Notes: generated by a model not told the origin, from the sequence alone. A DNA stretch of 64,000 nucleotides from Candidatus Hydrogenedentota bacterium (GCA_963668025.2 CAXXTH010000011.1:96001-160000); one strand, 5' to 3'; counted from the first letter of the stretch, positions 1-10,233 are shown. Numbers and translations are program-made.

Positions 1-351
1 AAGCGCACTTCATACAAGGGAGCAATCGCAGGCATGCTGGGCGGAATAGTAATCCAGTGCTTACTGGTTTATGTTGATTATGTGAGTGTAACCAAATTGC
101 ATTGGTATGAAACCAAATTGCATTGGTTTTATCTTGCTTTCGCAGGCGAAATGCTCACCATGTTCTTGGTATTCATAGTATCGCTCAAAACGACGCCGCC
201 CGACCCTTCTCAGCTTGTAAGTCTCGTTTGGAAGCCTTCCTTACTTTCCCAGTATGACGAAGGAGTGCGCCGTCCGTGGTACCAGCAAGTGAAGCTGTGG
301 TTTGCGATTTATATAGTTGGTTGGGTTTACCTGTATTACCGCTTCTGGTAG
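1..351 (+). CDS. C-terminal part of a sodium:solute symporter (SSS family), 5' end outside window
   Basis: Frame open from base 1 (KRTSYKGAIAGMLGG...); hydrophobic helices and a VSLKTTPPDP...RPWYQ...LYYRFW tail typical of SSS C-termini; upstream of sugar enzymes. Confidence 0.65.
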   Translation, partial: KRTSYKGAIAGMLGGIVIQCLLVYVDYVSVTKLHWYETKLHWFYLAFAGEMLTMFLVFIVSLKTTPPDPSQLVSLVWKPSLLSQYDEGVRRPWYQQVKLWFAIYIVGWVYLYYRFW

Positions 352-386
352 TCGAAAATATTGTACCTTTGAAGGAGATTAGTTCC

Positions 387-1106
387 ATGAGAGTAATGTG
401 TTTCACGGCACATCCTGATGATGCCGAAACAATGTGCGCAGGCACGTTGGCCAAATACAAGGCGCAAGGGCATGATGTAGCCATCGCCACCTTAACACGG
501 GGAGATGTAGGCTCGCCCGTTCTTTCCCGGGATGAAATCGCCGCGGTGCGGGAAAAAGAGGCGCGCACGTCGGCGGATGTGATTGGCGCCGAGTTATTTT
601 GGTTCGGATATGATGACGAATTTCTATATGACAGCCCGGATGTGCGCCGCCACGTGATTGATGTATTGCGTGAATTCAAGCCTGATCTGGTGTTATGCCC
701 GGATAAGGACAATGATTATCACCCCGATCATCAGCGGACTGGGCAATTGGTATGGGACACCCATGTGATGGCGGCGGTGCGCCTTATCGAAACCAAACAT
801 CCTCCCTGCGGCCATATCCATGAGATTTGGTATTACGATACAGTCGCGGGCATTGGTTTTGAACCCGAACATTATGTGGACATCTCGGATTTTTGGGAAA
901 CCAAAGTCAAGATGGCGAAATGCCATGAAAGCCAAGACAGTTGGATGATCCATATGTATGGATATTCCATCGAGCACCTTATTAATGTCCAGTCCCAATT
1001 CCGAGGCTACCAAAGCGGCTGCCAATACGCGGAAGCTTTCCGCAAGGCACGCATGTATCCGCAATCCGTGAAGAAAGACGCCCTTTTGCCAACCGCAATG
1101 GAGTAA
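387..1106 (+). CDS. PIG-L/LmbE-family N-acetylsugar deacetylase
   Basis: AHPDDAE and YHPDH zinc motifs, T-x-G-D/E segment; SD AAGGAG at 372-377 supports ATG 387 rather than the ORF-track start 276. Confidence 0.9.
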   Translation: MRVMCFTAHPDDAETMCAGTLAKYKAQGHDVAIATLTRGDVGSPVLSRDEIAAVREKEARTSADVIGAELFWFGYDDEFLYDSPDVRRHVIDVLREFKPDLVLCPDKDNDYHPDHQRTGQLVWDTHVMAAVRLIETKHPPCGHIHEIWYYDTVAGIGFEPEHYVDISDFWETKVKMAKCHESQDSWMIHMYGYSIEHLINVQSQFRGYQSGCQYAEAFRKARMYPQSVKKDALLPTAME

Positions 1107-1111
1107 AAGCT

Positions 1112-3910
1112 ATGAAATATATGCTCATCTGTCTATCTTTGCTTGCCCTCTTGCCCGCGGCCCATGCAGGAACCAATCTGGTTCGAAATGGTTCGTTTGA
1201 AGCGATATCCCAGGGCTTGCCTGAAGACTGGCGCACCGAAGGGGACTCCGGCGTACAGCAGGCGCTTACGCTGGATACCGGCCCCAATGGCGGCCATGCG
1301 GCAAAACTGTCATGCACCCGATTTGCCCGGAAAACGCGCGACAGTTATGCCACCCTTGCCCAGTCCCAATTTGCGTCCATCGAAGCAGGCAAATGGTATC
1401 GATTCTCATGCTGGGCCCGGCAAGAGGGAATGGCCAGCGGGATGGTCACGGTTGAGCTATATGGGGATACGAAATCCGCGAGTGCTTATGCCACGTCCAT
1501 GCTATTCATGCAATTGCCTTTACGGCAGGAATGGCAGCATTTCGAGCGGTATTTTAAGGCGGGCGCCGCTGGAACGGATAACGCGAAGCTCTTCTTTTAT
1601 TTCGACTTCACGGGAACCATGTGGCTCGATGAGGTGGAAATAGCCGAGGCGGATGCTCCGCAATTACAATACACGTCGCTTGCGCCCCGTTCCAGCGGCG
1701 CTAACATGATACCCAACTCGAGTTTTGAATGTGGGGATTACAATTGGTCGTCTTTGGGAAAACTATCGGGATTTGCGGGCGGATTGACAGGGTTATATGG
1801 AGACGTGGTGGAGGGCGGCGCACCGGACGGCAGCCGCTGCCTGCGCATCGAGCTTAGCCCTGAAAAGACTCCGCTAAGCACCTTCAACTATATGGCAATG
1901 ATAGAAAAGCAAGAAACGCCTCTTGTAGCCAATAAGGGCTGGATCAAGACGGAGCCTGGCAAGCCGTATACCCTCAGCGCGTATATGCGTGCGGATCGGG
2001 CTGGCGTTCCAGCAAAACTACTGCTACGGTTCCGGTCGCCTAGTGAGGGTGGCGTTGATAAACAAGAGGCAGTCACGCTGGATACGGAATGGAAACGGTA
2101 TTCATTTACCTGCAACGCCGAAAAGCCTTATGTCTTTGCGATGGCAGGCCCCGATTTATCCGCCAGCGAAAATAAAAGCGCAACGGTATGGATTGATGCC
2201 GTACAGTTGGAACAGGCCAATGAACCAAGCGAGTTTTTCGCGGGGGATCCCGTGGAAATTGGCATCGTGACCGGGCGTTATGGAAATGTCTTTGATGCAA
2301 GCGAGCCGATGCAGCTTACCGTCAATGCATCCAATCATACAGAAGTCGATGCCCAGGCCACCGTACAGATCGAAATCCGGGATTTCTTCGATCAGGTGGT
2401 AGCTGTTGAGCGCAAGCAAGTAAACATCCCTGCGAAGAAAACCATTCAGGAAAACTGGCCGCTTGGTATAGCAGATACAGGTTACTATAAAATTCGCACA
2501 ACGTATGGATTGAATGGCCAAACCTATGTGCAATCCATGCGTACCGCACGCATACAAACCTATAAAGGAGCGGATTCTCCTTTTGGCATGAATCATGCCC
2601 CAAGCACGAATCAACTCTGCGAGCATATGTGCAAGGCAGGTTTTTTATATGCCCGCGAATGGTCTATGGAATGGGAGCGGATTGAACCGAAGCCTGGTGA
2701 ATTTCACTTCGAGAAAGCGGATACGCATGTGAACCGTGTGCTCAGCGCTGGCATGATCAATGTCCAGCAATTGCCGCCCTTCCCGTCGGTTTCCTGGAAT
2801 TGCGCGCTTCCCGAGGGGGCGGAACCCTTGGATGTGCCCGGCTTGTCTTGGGGGCTGTGTTATTATCCGCCTAAAGACCTTTCTTTTATGGAAAGATATA
2901 TCGACACGGTCGTTACCCACTATAAAGATAGAATCCATACCTGGGAATATTTGAATGAACCGTTCTACACGCTCCATTCGCTTCCCAACGTAGAACAAAT
3001 AGATGCGCTCTTTCCGAAACTGCCCGGAGCTGATTTTACCGTAAAAGACTATATTCGGTTGCTAAAGGTCTTTCATGACCAAGTCAAAAAGTCGGATCCT
3101 AATGCCCGGACGATTGGCGGAATAGCGGGGCGTCCTGATCTGTTATCGAAAGAATTTTTCAAAGCTGGCGGCCTTGACCATTTGGATGTTTTTAACTTGC
3201 ACATATATCCTGGCCTGCGAAAACCGGAAGCATATGTGGACCAGATGGCCGAATTGCTGGCGAATATGGATGCCACCAAAGCGGGACGCAAACCGATCTG
3301 GATAACCGAATGCTCCTATTTCGGAACCGATGACCTTCCGCTCGAACCTTATGTGGTGGGGCCTGGCCCATGGGCGGCGAACCGCCTGTTGCGCGACGAA
3401 CGGGAGTGCGCGGAATACGCTATCCGGTTCAACGCCATTATGCTGGCGCATGGCGTCGATAAGATCTTCTATCATTGGGGCGGGCCAGCCAGTTCGGATG
3501 TAAATGATGACGAAAGCTTGCTCGAGTCTTGGATGACGGCGTATGGCGGCGCTCCAAGAAAGCTTTATGCCGCGCAAGCCACTATGGCGGATTTGCTAGG
3601 CTCCGCGCCGAAATATGCCGCTTCCATTGAAGTTCCGTCGAAACCCGAAGGAGGCAAGCCATCGGTGTATGGCTATGCGTTCCAATGCGGCAGCCAGGCC
3701 GTCCTCATCGCATGGGCTCCCACGGACGATAACCGCCATTCCACGTGGGCTCTCGATGTTCCCGATGCTGCAAAGGCATGCAGCATTGTCGGCGCTGCAA
3801 TAGACAACAAGCACATCGTTCTCGGCGATTCGCCGGTTTATATTACAGACTCCCAAATGGATGCTCAGAAGCTCGCGCAAGCATGTAAATTAGCTAGTGC
3901 GGACATGTAA
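1112..3910 (+). CDS. Secreted clan GH-A glycoside hydrolase (GH39/GH5-like TIM barrel) with two CBM4/9-like domains
   Basis: Signal peptide ending AHA; NLVRNGSFE and NMIPNSSFE CBM starts; catalytic-type WEYLNEP and IWITE motifs. Confidence 0.75.
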   Translation: MKYMLICLSLLALLPAAHAGTNLVRNGSFEAISQGLPEDWRTEGDSGVQQALTLDTGPNGGHAAKLSCTRFARKTRDSYATLAQSQFASIEAGKWYRFSCWARQEGMASGMVTVELYGDTKSASAYATSMLFMQLPLRQEWQHFERYFKAGAAGTDNAKLFFYFDFTGTMWLDEVEIAEADAPQLQYTSLAPRSSGANMIPNSSFECGDYNWSSLGKLSGFAGGLTGLYGDVVEGGAPDGSRCLRIELSPEKTPLSTFNYMAMIEKQETPLVANKGWIKTEPGKPYTLSAYMRADRAGVPAKLLLRFRSPSEGGVDKQEAVTLDTEWKRYSFTCNAEKPYVFAMAGPDLSASENKSATVWIDAVQLEQANEPSEFFAGDPVEIGIVTGRYGNVFDASEPMQLTVNASNHTEVDAQATVQIEIRDFFDQVVAVERKQVNIPAKKTIQENWPLGIADTGYYKIRTTYGLNGQTYVQSMRTARIQTYKGADSPFGMNHAPSTNQLCEHMCKAGFLYAREWSMEWERIEPKPGEFHFEKADTHVNRVLSAGMINVQQLPPFPSVSWNCALPEGAEPLDVPGLSWGLCYYPPKDLSFMERYIDTVVTHYKDRIHTWEYLNEPFYTLHSLPNVEQIDALFPKLPGADFTVKDYIRLLKVFHDQVKKSDPNARTIGGIAGRPDLLSKEFFKAGGLDHLDVFNLHIYPGLRKPEAYVDQMAELLANMDATKAGRKPIWITECSYFGTDDLPLEPYVVGPGPWAANRLLRDERECAEYAIRFNAIMLAHGVDKIFYHWGGPASSDVNDDESLLESWMTAYGGAPRKLYAAQATMADLLGSAPKYAASIEVPSKPEGGKPSVYGYAFQCGSQAVLIAWAPTDDNRHSTWALDVPDAAKACSIVGAAIDNKHIVLGDSPVYITDSQMDAQKLAQACKLASADM

Positions 3911-3942
3911 GCGCTGAAATCACAGAACGGAGCATATTTTTC

Positions 3943-6819
3943 ATGACGACCAAAGATCGCCGTTACGCTACAACTGTGTCCATCGCTTTGCTCGTTGCCG
4001 CGTTGGGTGCGAGCGCCGCACATGCGGACACGCAAGTAGAGGCATTTGATTCGGCTTCACTTGCCGCCCCCTGGGCCATCAATAATGCATTCGATGGACA
4101 GCCCGGGTCCATCAGCATTGCGGATGGAGCCTGCACATTTCGTAAAACCGGCGAAACGCCCGGTTTCACCCAATCCTTGTCTTTGGCTGAGGCCTATTTG
4201 CCCATTCCATGGTCAATTGGATACACCGTACTGCAAACATCCAGCCTTGTGAAAAACGGCGGCGGGCTCTGCCATCGCTTCAGCACCTCTCAGGAGACGG
4301 TGTATGACGGTGTGTATATCCTCAATGAAGATGGGAAGATTACCGTCCGGGGAGCAAGGAAAGACGATATCTTATATACATTTCCTGAAAACTCCCTATC
4401 GTTGCTGAAAGTGCAGTTCAATGTTTCTACGGAAGGAATAATCGTCTTTGCGACCACGGATATCGGCTCTTTTGGGCAAGGCAAGCTGCTCGCATGGCAG
4501 CGTCCTGTTACGCCAGAATCCGCCATCGGAGTGGCTATTGCCGCATCTGACGCAAGCGCTTCTTCCGCTTCTGCTTTTTCGGTCAGTATCGATAACCTGT
4601 CACTCGCGACCGATTCAAGCGAATCAAAAATCGTTCCCCAATTCACGCCCCAAGTTCCGCCGGGAAACGCCAAGAATTTTATTCAGAATGCCTCCTTTGA
4701 ATGTAGCGGCGATTTGTGGTCGTCTCTTGGAGTTCCGACGGCTTGGGGCGGAGACTTATCCGGGCTATATGGAGTCATTGAGGAAGGCTCCGCATGGCAT
4801 GGCGCTCATAGTTTGCGTATCGATCTTGGACCCGGCGTAAGCCCAACCACTTGCTTCGATGCATGGCCGCCCAGCCACCTCACGCAGAATGCCCCGCTTA
4901 CCGTCAATATAGGGTGGATGCCAGTCAAAAAAGGCCAGCCCCTCACGCTCTCTTGCTATATGCGGGCCAGTACGGATGGAATTAAAGCGCGGTTGAAGTT
5001 TTTCTTCTCCGGAAGCGCATTAGGGCCGATCAATGAAGCTTCGCATGAAGTAGCATTAACGACAACGTGGGCGCGATACACGGTGACGCAAGAAGCGCTT
5101 AATGACAGTGTCTGCATAGCCGCCGGACCGGACTTGTCAGGAACGCCGGAAATGAAGGCCAGCGTCTGGCTGGATGCCATTCAACTTGAGACAGCCCCTG
5201 AAGCCACGGCTTTCGAGGCTCGGGATTCCGTGGAACTCGGATTTGATTCAGAGCATTATGGAAATGTGTTCCCTTCTAGCGAACCGGTGGAGTTTGCTAT
5301 ATGGGGAAACAATGAAGGCGTTTCCGATGTCCGCGTTCCTGTCCGGCTTGAGTGCGAAGACTTCTTTGGAAAAAAGCTCCCGGCTCAAGAATACGCCATC
5401 GAGATCGCTGCACATTCCCAAGCGCGGACGCGCATGCAGGTGTCACTTCCCGGAAAAGGATATTACCGTGCGCATATCACTTGGCCTGCGAATGGCCAGG
5501 AATACGCGCGGACGCTTGTTTTTTCCGTCATCCAGCCGTATACCGAACAAGACTCACCTTTCGGCCTCAACCACCCCGCAACCACCGAGGCGCAGCTAAA
5601 GCTGTTCTCCCAAGGCGGCATTCGCTGGGTGAGGACTTGGGCCATCAATTGGGACTGGGTCGAACCGGTGCAAGGGCAAGTCTCGTGGGCCGAACAAGAC
5701 GCGCAGATGAAATATCTGAAAGACGCGGGCATGAACACGCTGGCTGTTTTCCCAAATCCTTCCGCGGGCTGGGCCTCCTCTGCTCCCGATACCGTAGCCG
5801 ATTCCATGTGGTACCGTTTGGCGTACGCACCGAAAGAGCCCCAACTCCTTTTCGATTTTATCGGGCAAGCCGTGAATCGGTATAAGGACTCTTGCACGCA
5901 TTGGGAATTCTTGAACGAGCCATTATGGGTGCCCGATTTCTGCTTGCCTCAAAGCGGAGGATATAAAGTCCCCGATTATATCAAATTGCTGGATGGCGCA
6001 TATAAAGCGCAAAAACTAGCGAATCCTGACAGTAAACTCATCGGCGGCTTGGCTATCCAGCCGGAATTCCCCTATGGCGATGAATTTATTACTGCAGGGG
6101 GATTGCAGTATTGTGATTATTTTAATCTGCATCCATATGGCGGTTTCACCCTTCCAGAAGCTTTTATCGAGTATATGGGACGTGTCTTGCAAGCGATTGA
6201 CGCAAAAGGGATTCAGAAGCCTATATGGGCAACGGAAACCTCCTATTATGGCGTGGATGACAAACCCTGGACGCCATGGGTGGCGCCTCCTGGGCATTTT
6301 TCCGCGAACTTGCTCTTGGCGGATGAACGCACTTGCGCGGAATACATTGTTCGTCACGCCCTTATTCTGATGGCGCACCGTGTAGAGAAAATTTTCTATC
6401 ATGAGCCCATCGAAGGCCCCGTGTATAATGGCATCATGGACATCGAGAACACCTTTTTCTCTCCAATGGCCATTCCAAAGAAGTCATACCCAGCCATATC
6501 CGCCTTGGCGAATTTGCTGGGTGCATCGCCGCAGTGCGCCGGGCCTGCCGCATTTCCCGCTGTGCCGGCTGGCGCAAAAGTATATGGGTATGCATTCCAA
6601 TGCGGCTCCAAGGCCGTGCTTGCGATTTGGAATACCGGTGATGCAATGGAACTCACCCAGGCGCAGCTTTCATCGGATGTAACCGTATATGACATGATGG
6701 GGAATCCAGTGTCGCCTCCTTTGACACTCAACGGTTCTCCCCTATATTTGGTGAGTACCGCGTGTAAAGCGGACGCCTTGGCGAAGAATTGGTTCGTTCA
6801 AGAAACCGCTGCGAAATAA
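3943..6819 (+). CDS. Secreted clan GH-A glycoside hydrolase, paralog of upstream gene
   Basis: Signal peptide ending AHA; NFIQNASFE CBM; WEFLNEP and IWATE motifs; shared segments with 1112..3910 (VYGYAFQCGS, KIFYH, DSPFG). Confidence 0.75.
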   Translation: MTTKDRRYATTVSIALLVAALGASAAHADTQVEAFDSASLAAPWAINNAFDGQPGSISIADGACTFRKTGETPGFTQSLSLAEAYLPIPWSIGYTVLQTSSLVKNGGGLCHRFSTSQETVYDGVYILNEDGKITVRGARKDDILYTFPENSLSLLKVQFNVSTEGIIVFATTDIGSFGQGKLLAWQRPVTPESAIGVAIAASDASASSASAFSVSIDNLSLATDSSESKIVPQFTPQVPPGNAKNFIQNASFECSGDLWSSLGVPTAWGGDLSGLYGVIEEGSAWHGAHSLRIDLGPGVSPTTCFDAWPPSHLTQNAPLTVNIGWMPVKKGQPLTLSCYMRASTDGIKARLKFFFSGSALGPINEASHEVALTTTWARYTVTQEALNDSVCIAAGPDLSGTPEMKASVWLDAIQLETAPEATAFEARDSVELGFDSEHYGNVFPSSEPVEFAIWGNNEGVSDVRVPVRLECEDFFGKKLPAQEYAIEIAAHSQARTRMQVSLPGKGYYRAHITWPANGQEYARTLVFSVIQPYTEQDSPFGLNHPATTEAQLKLFSQGGIRWVRTWAINWDWVEPVQGQVSWAEQDAQMKYLKDAGMNTLAVFPNPSAGWASSAPDTVADSMWYRLAYAPKEPQLLFDFIGQAVNRYKDSCTHWEFLNEPLWVPDFCLPQSGGYKVPDYIKLLDGAYKAQKLANPDSKLIGGLAIQPEFPYGDEFITAGGLQYCDYFNLHPYGGFTLPEAFIEYMGRVLQAIDAKGIQKPIWATETSYYGVDDKPWTPWVAPPGHFSANLLLADERTCAEYIVRHALILMAHRVEKIFYHEPIEGPVYNGIMDIENTFFSPMAIPKKSYPAISALANLLGASPQCAGPAAFPAVPAGAKVYGYAFQCGSKAVLAIWNTGDAMELTQAQLSSDVTVYDMMGNPVSPPLTLNGSPLYLVSTACKADALAKNWFVQETAAK

Positions 6820-6827
6820 CCCATGAT

Positions 6828-6881
6828 GCGCATGTGCCGTTGGTCCCAAAACGAGGGGCCAGCGGCGCATGTGTTTTTTTT
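6828..6881 (+). terminator. Intrinsic terminator
   Basis: GCGCATGTGCCGTTGGTCCC / GGGGCCAGCGGCGCATGTGT stem (with G-U pairs) followed by a T-run, just after stop 6819. Confidence 0.8.
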
Positions 6882-6968
6882 GATAAATGGATGCGCCTTC
6901 GGTATAACGAATCAATACTAGAGCGGTTCAAGATTCGATGTAACAAAACAAATGGATTTTCCTCTCCC

Positions 6969-7015
6969 GTGGCATGGCCGTCCCGGCCATGCGCATGGGG
7001 GGACGCCCATGCCAC
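6969..7015. repeat. REP-like doublet, family A (GTRG-CATGGGCGTCYCGCCCATG type)
   Basis: GTGGCATGGCCGTCCCGGCCATG-CG-CATGGGGGGACGCCCATGCCAC; related copies at 34558, 36439, 42627, 43164. Confidence 0.8.
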
Positions 7016-7138
7016 TACGTCTGAAATTGTCTAGGGGCTGTACGGTGCGATGGGCGCCGTATCGTTGCATCCAATCTTGAACCGCTCTAGCCTCGTTTTC
7101 TATGTAGAGGCTGTTTATTCGGGAGTATCGAGTGCGGC

Positions 7139-8866
7139 ATGCCTAGTGTGTGTATCCATATTCAGCCGGCGCATATATGGTGTGTGCTGGCCGTATGTCT
7201 GTTCTCTTCCGGCTGTTCAGGCCATTCCAGCCAGGAACAAGCCCATGCGCGGCGTCTCGCGCAGGTGGCGCTCTCTACTGTAGACATGCACGGACAAGGC
7301 CCCGTATATGTGGCGCTGCGCGCCGATGGGCTGCGCCTGGCCGAACAATGGGCCGAAGGGCCAGATTGGGAATCCGCCGCCACGGAAGCCATTCGCACTG
7401 CATATGCGGATTTGAAACCCGAAGACGCCGGGCGGGTGAATCTGCTCGAAATAAACTTCACCCATGACTGGCGTGAAGTGGGCACGCTGCCCGACAACAT
7501 TGAGCGCGGTATCCAGGGCATCGAGTGCTCCGCGAATGGATGCATACTGCGCTATGCCTCCACCGATATGATTGCACGCAATCTCTCTTTTCCAAGGGCG
7601 AGAGATATTTTTATGGCGGAACAAGGCGTGGCGGACAAGAGCGCCGTCCACATGCGCCTGTTTGACGCACGGCAAGCGCTGGTATTTCTCAAGCTCGAAC
7701 CGCACTCGATTGCCCTCTTTCGTGGAAATACGCTGGTTTTGCCTGAGGCCATCACCCGGGCCAGCGTGCAGGCCCTGGCGGATGGGATGGGGAGCTGGCT
7801 GGTGAATCAAGTGCAGAAAGACGGCCGCATGACGTACCTATATTGGCCGAGCCGGGGCGAGGAGTCGCAAGGCAACAATATGATTCGCCAATTCATGGCC
7901 ACGTGGTGCCTTGAACGCTTGGCCGCCGCGCGGAATGACCCGGAACTTCATGCGCTTGCCAAACGCAATCTGGCGTATAACCTTGCCCACTTCTACCGTG
8001 AGGAGAATGGGCTGGGCTTCATCGAATTCGGGAACGAGGCCAAGCTGGGCGCGGCTGCCCTTGCGGCGCTGGCCATCGTGGATTCTCCCGAGCGCGCCGC
8101 CTTTGCCGCCCAAGAAACAGGTTTACGCCGTTTGGTGGACTCTTTGTGGAACAGCGACGGCTCGTTTAAGACCTTCCATAAGCCTGCGGGCCGGAATGAC
8201 AACCAAAATTTCTACCCGGGCGAGGCGTTGCTCCTTTGGGCCGTGTTGTACGAGCGGGAAGGCGCTCCCGAATTGCTGGAACGCTCGATGCAGTCCTTCC
8301 GGTATTACCGCGATTGGCACCGCGCCCAGCTTAATCCCGCGTTTGTTCCCTGGCATACCCAAGCGTATTACCGCTTATGGCGCAAAACACAGAACAGCGA
8401 ACTGCGGGATTTTATCTTCGAGATGAATGATTGGCTGCTGGATATGCAGGAGTGGGGGGAGGCGGCGTATCCGGATATCCGGGGCCGGTTCTACAATCCG
8501 CGCCACCCCGAATATGGCCCACCTCATGCGTCGTCCACGGGCGTCTATCTGGAGGGATTGGCTGATGCTTGCACCTTGGCGCGCGAGATAGGCGACTCAA
8601 AACGATTTGAAGCGTACCGGACGGCCATCCTCCGGGGATTCCGTAGCGCCATGCAGCTTCAATATACCGATGAAGCAGACCTGTTCTATGTATCAAAACG
8701 CAAGCCCGTCTTGGGCGGATTGCGTTCCACGGAATACGATAACGCGATTCGCGTGGATAATGTGCAGCACATGCTCATGGCCGTGCTCTCGGCGCTCGAT
8801 AAATACCCCGAGCCCAGTTTCTACACGTTGCCGCCGGAAAGCGGATGCGGCGTTATTCAACGCTGA
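7139..8866 (+). CDS. Hypothetical lipoprotein with probable (alpha/alpha)-toroid C-terminal domain
   Basis: 575-aa ORF; lipobox-like LFSSGC; FYPGEALL, FVPWHTQA and IRVDNVQH motifs; overlaps convergent aroC by 10 bp. Confidence 0.7.
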   Translation: MPSVCIHIQPAHIWCVLAVCLFSSGCSGHSSQEQAHARRLAQVALSTVDMHGQGPVYVALRADGLRLAEQWAEGPDWESAATEAIRTAYADLKPEDAGRVNLLEINFTHDWREVGTLPDNIERGIQGIECSANGCILRYASTDMIARNLSFPRARDIFMAEQGVADKSAVHMRLFDARQALVFLKLEPHSIALFRGNTLVLPEAITRASVQALADGMGSWLVNQVQKDGRMTYLYWPSRGEESQGNNMIRQFMATWCLERLAAARNDPELHALAKRNLAYNLAHFYREENGLGFIEFGNEAKLGAAALAALAIVDSPERAAFAAQETGLRRLVDSLWNSDGSFKTFHKPAGRNDNQNFYPGEALLLWAVLYEREGAPELLERSMQSFRYYRDWHRAQLNPAFVPWHTQAYYRLWRKTQNSELRDFIFEMNDWLLDMQEWGEAAYPDIRGRFYNPRHPEYGPPHASSTGVYLEGLADACTLAREIGDSKRFEAYRTAILRGFRSAMQLQYTDEADLFYVSKRKPVLGGLRSTEYDNAIRVDNVQHMLMAVLSALDKYPEPSFYTLPPESGCGVIQR

Positions 8867-10032
8867 TTCACCGCCGCCACGTATCCATCGAAATTGCGTT
8901 TCATCTCATCGACGGAGTCGCCCCCGAATTTCTCAAGGAAAGATTCCGCCAGGACGATAGCCAGCGCCGATTCGACGATGATGGCCAGCGCCGCCACCGC
9001 GCAGGTGTCGCTCCGCTCCACCAAGGCATCCGTGGCTTCATGAGTCTCCATGTCCACCGTGCGCAAGGGCTTCATCAACGTGGCGATGGGCTTCTTCGCC
9101 ACACGGACGACGATCTCCTCGCCATTGGTCATGCTGCCTTCGAAGCCGCCCAGGTTATTGCTGGTGCGCCGGTAAGGCCCGCCCGTGCGTGGCGCAGGAT
9201 CATACACGATCTCGTCATGATAGGCGCTGCCGAAACGGTCCGCCCCCCGGAAACCGATGCCGATTTCGACGCCTTTCACGGCCTGGATACTCATCATGGC
9301 CTGCGAGATACGCGCATCGAGTTTGGTGTCCCATTGCGTATGTGCGCCCAAGCCCAGCGGCAAGCCCCATGCCCGCGCCTCGACTACTCCGCCCAGGGTG
9401 TCCTTGGCCTGCTTGGCCTCTTTGATGGCGGCGATCATGGCTTCTTCGGTTTCTTTGTCGCAACAGCGTACCGTCGAGGCCATCGAAAGGGCGTGGATTT
9501 GTTCCGAGGGAATGGCGTCTGTTTGCGCCGTGACGCGGCCAATCTGCACCACGTGGGCCGCAAGGCTCACGCCGAATTCGGCCAGCAATTTGCGGCACAA
9601 CGCCCCCGCCGCCACGCGCGCTGCTGTCTCACGGGCGCTGGCCCGCTCGAGGATGTTTCGGCAATCATCATGGCCGTATTTGAGCGCACCCACCAAATCG
9701 GCATGGGCGGGGCGGGGCCGCGTGATCTTCTCCGCGCGCTCGCCCGTCGAGGGCTTCCAGGGATCCATCGCGTCCGTCCAATTGGCGAAATCGCGGTTCC
9801 ACACCGCCATGAGAATGGGGCTGCCCAGCGTGACGCCGCCGCGAATACCGCTCAGGATATCTACTTCGTCTTGTTCGATGCGCTGGCGCCCGCCGCGTCC
9901 ATAACCCTTTTGCCGTTCGGCGAGCCAGAAATTGACATCTTCCGGCTGTACATGCAGGCCAGCGGGGAACCCATCGAGCAGGCAAAACACGCCCCGCCCA
10001 TGCGATTCGCCTGCGGAAAGATAACGAAACAC
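8857..10032 (-). CDS. aroC: Chorismate synthase
   Basis: AGESHG, RPRPAHAD, ERASARETA, ERSD signature motifs. Confidence 0.97.
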   Translation of the reverse strand: MFRYLSAGESHGRGVFCLLDGFPAGLHVQPEDVNFWLAERQKGYGRGGRQRIEQDEVDILSGIRGGVTLGSPILMAVWNRDFANWTDAMDPWKPSTGERAEKITRPRPAHADLVGALKYGHDDCRNILERASARETAARVAAGALCRKLLAEFGVSLAAHVVQIGRVTAQTDAIPSEQIHALSMASTVRCCDKETEEAMIAAIKEAKQAKDTLGGVVEARAWGLPLGLGAHTQWDTKLDARISQAMMSIQAVKGVEIGIGFRGADRFGSAYHDEIVYDPAPRTGGPYRRTSNNLGGFEGSMTNGEEIVVRVAKKPIATLMKPLRTVDMETHEATDALVERSDTCAVAALAIIVESALAIVLAESFLEKFGGDSVDEMKRNFDGYVAAVNQR

Positions 10033-10059
10033 GTGATGAAACCTCCTGGCGCTATCCCC

Positions 10060-10178
10060 TTGTCATTCCCGCGAAAGCGGGAACCCAAAACCGCTCCGAC
10101 CGATCCCCCCGATCCGTCCGATCCCAAATTCCCAATCCCGAAACGCTGTATGGATCCCCGCTTTCGCGAGAATGATAA
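10060..10178. repeat. dRS3-like inverted repeat pair (GTCATTCCCGCGAAAGCGGGAA) enclosing CCGATCC short repeats
   Basis: Left arm TTGTCATTCCCGCGAAAGCGGGAACCCA; right arm TGGATCCCCGCTTTCGCGAGAATGATAA is its reverse complement with 4 mismatches. Confidence 0.8.
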
Positions 10179-10233
10179 GATGCCACGGGAGAGGCGAATT
10201 CATTTGCTTTGTTGTATCCAGTCTTGAATCGCT

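Noticed and set aside
8845-10227. 460-aa ORF antisense to aroC
   Set aside because: Shadow frame of a high-GC gene running into a repeat; no recognisable motifs
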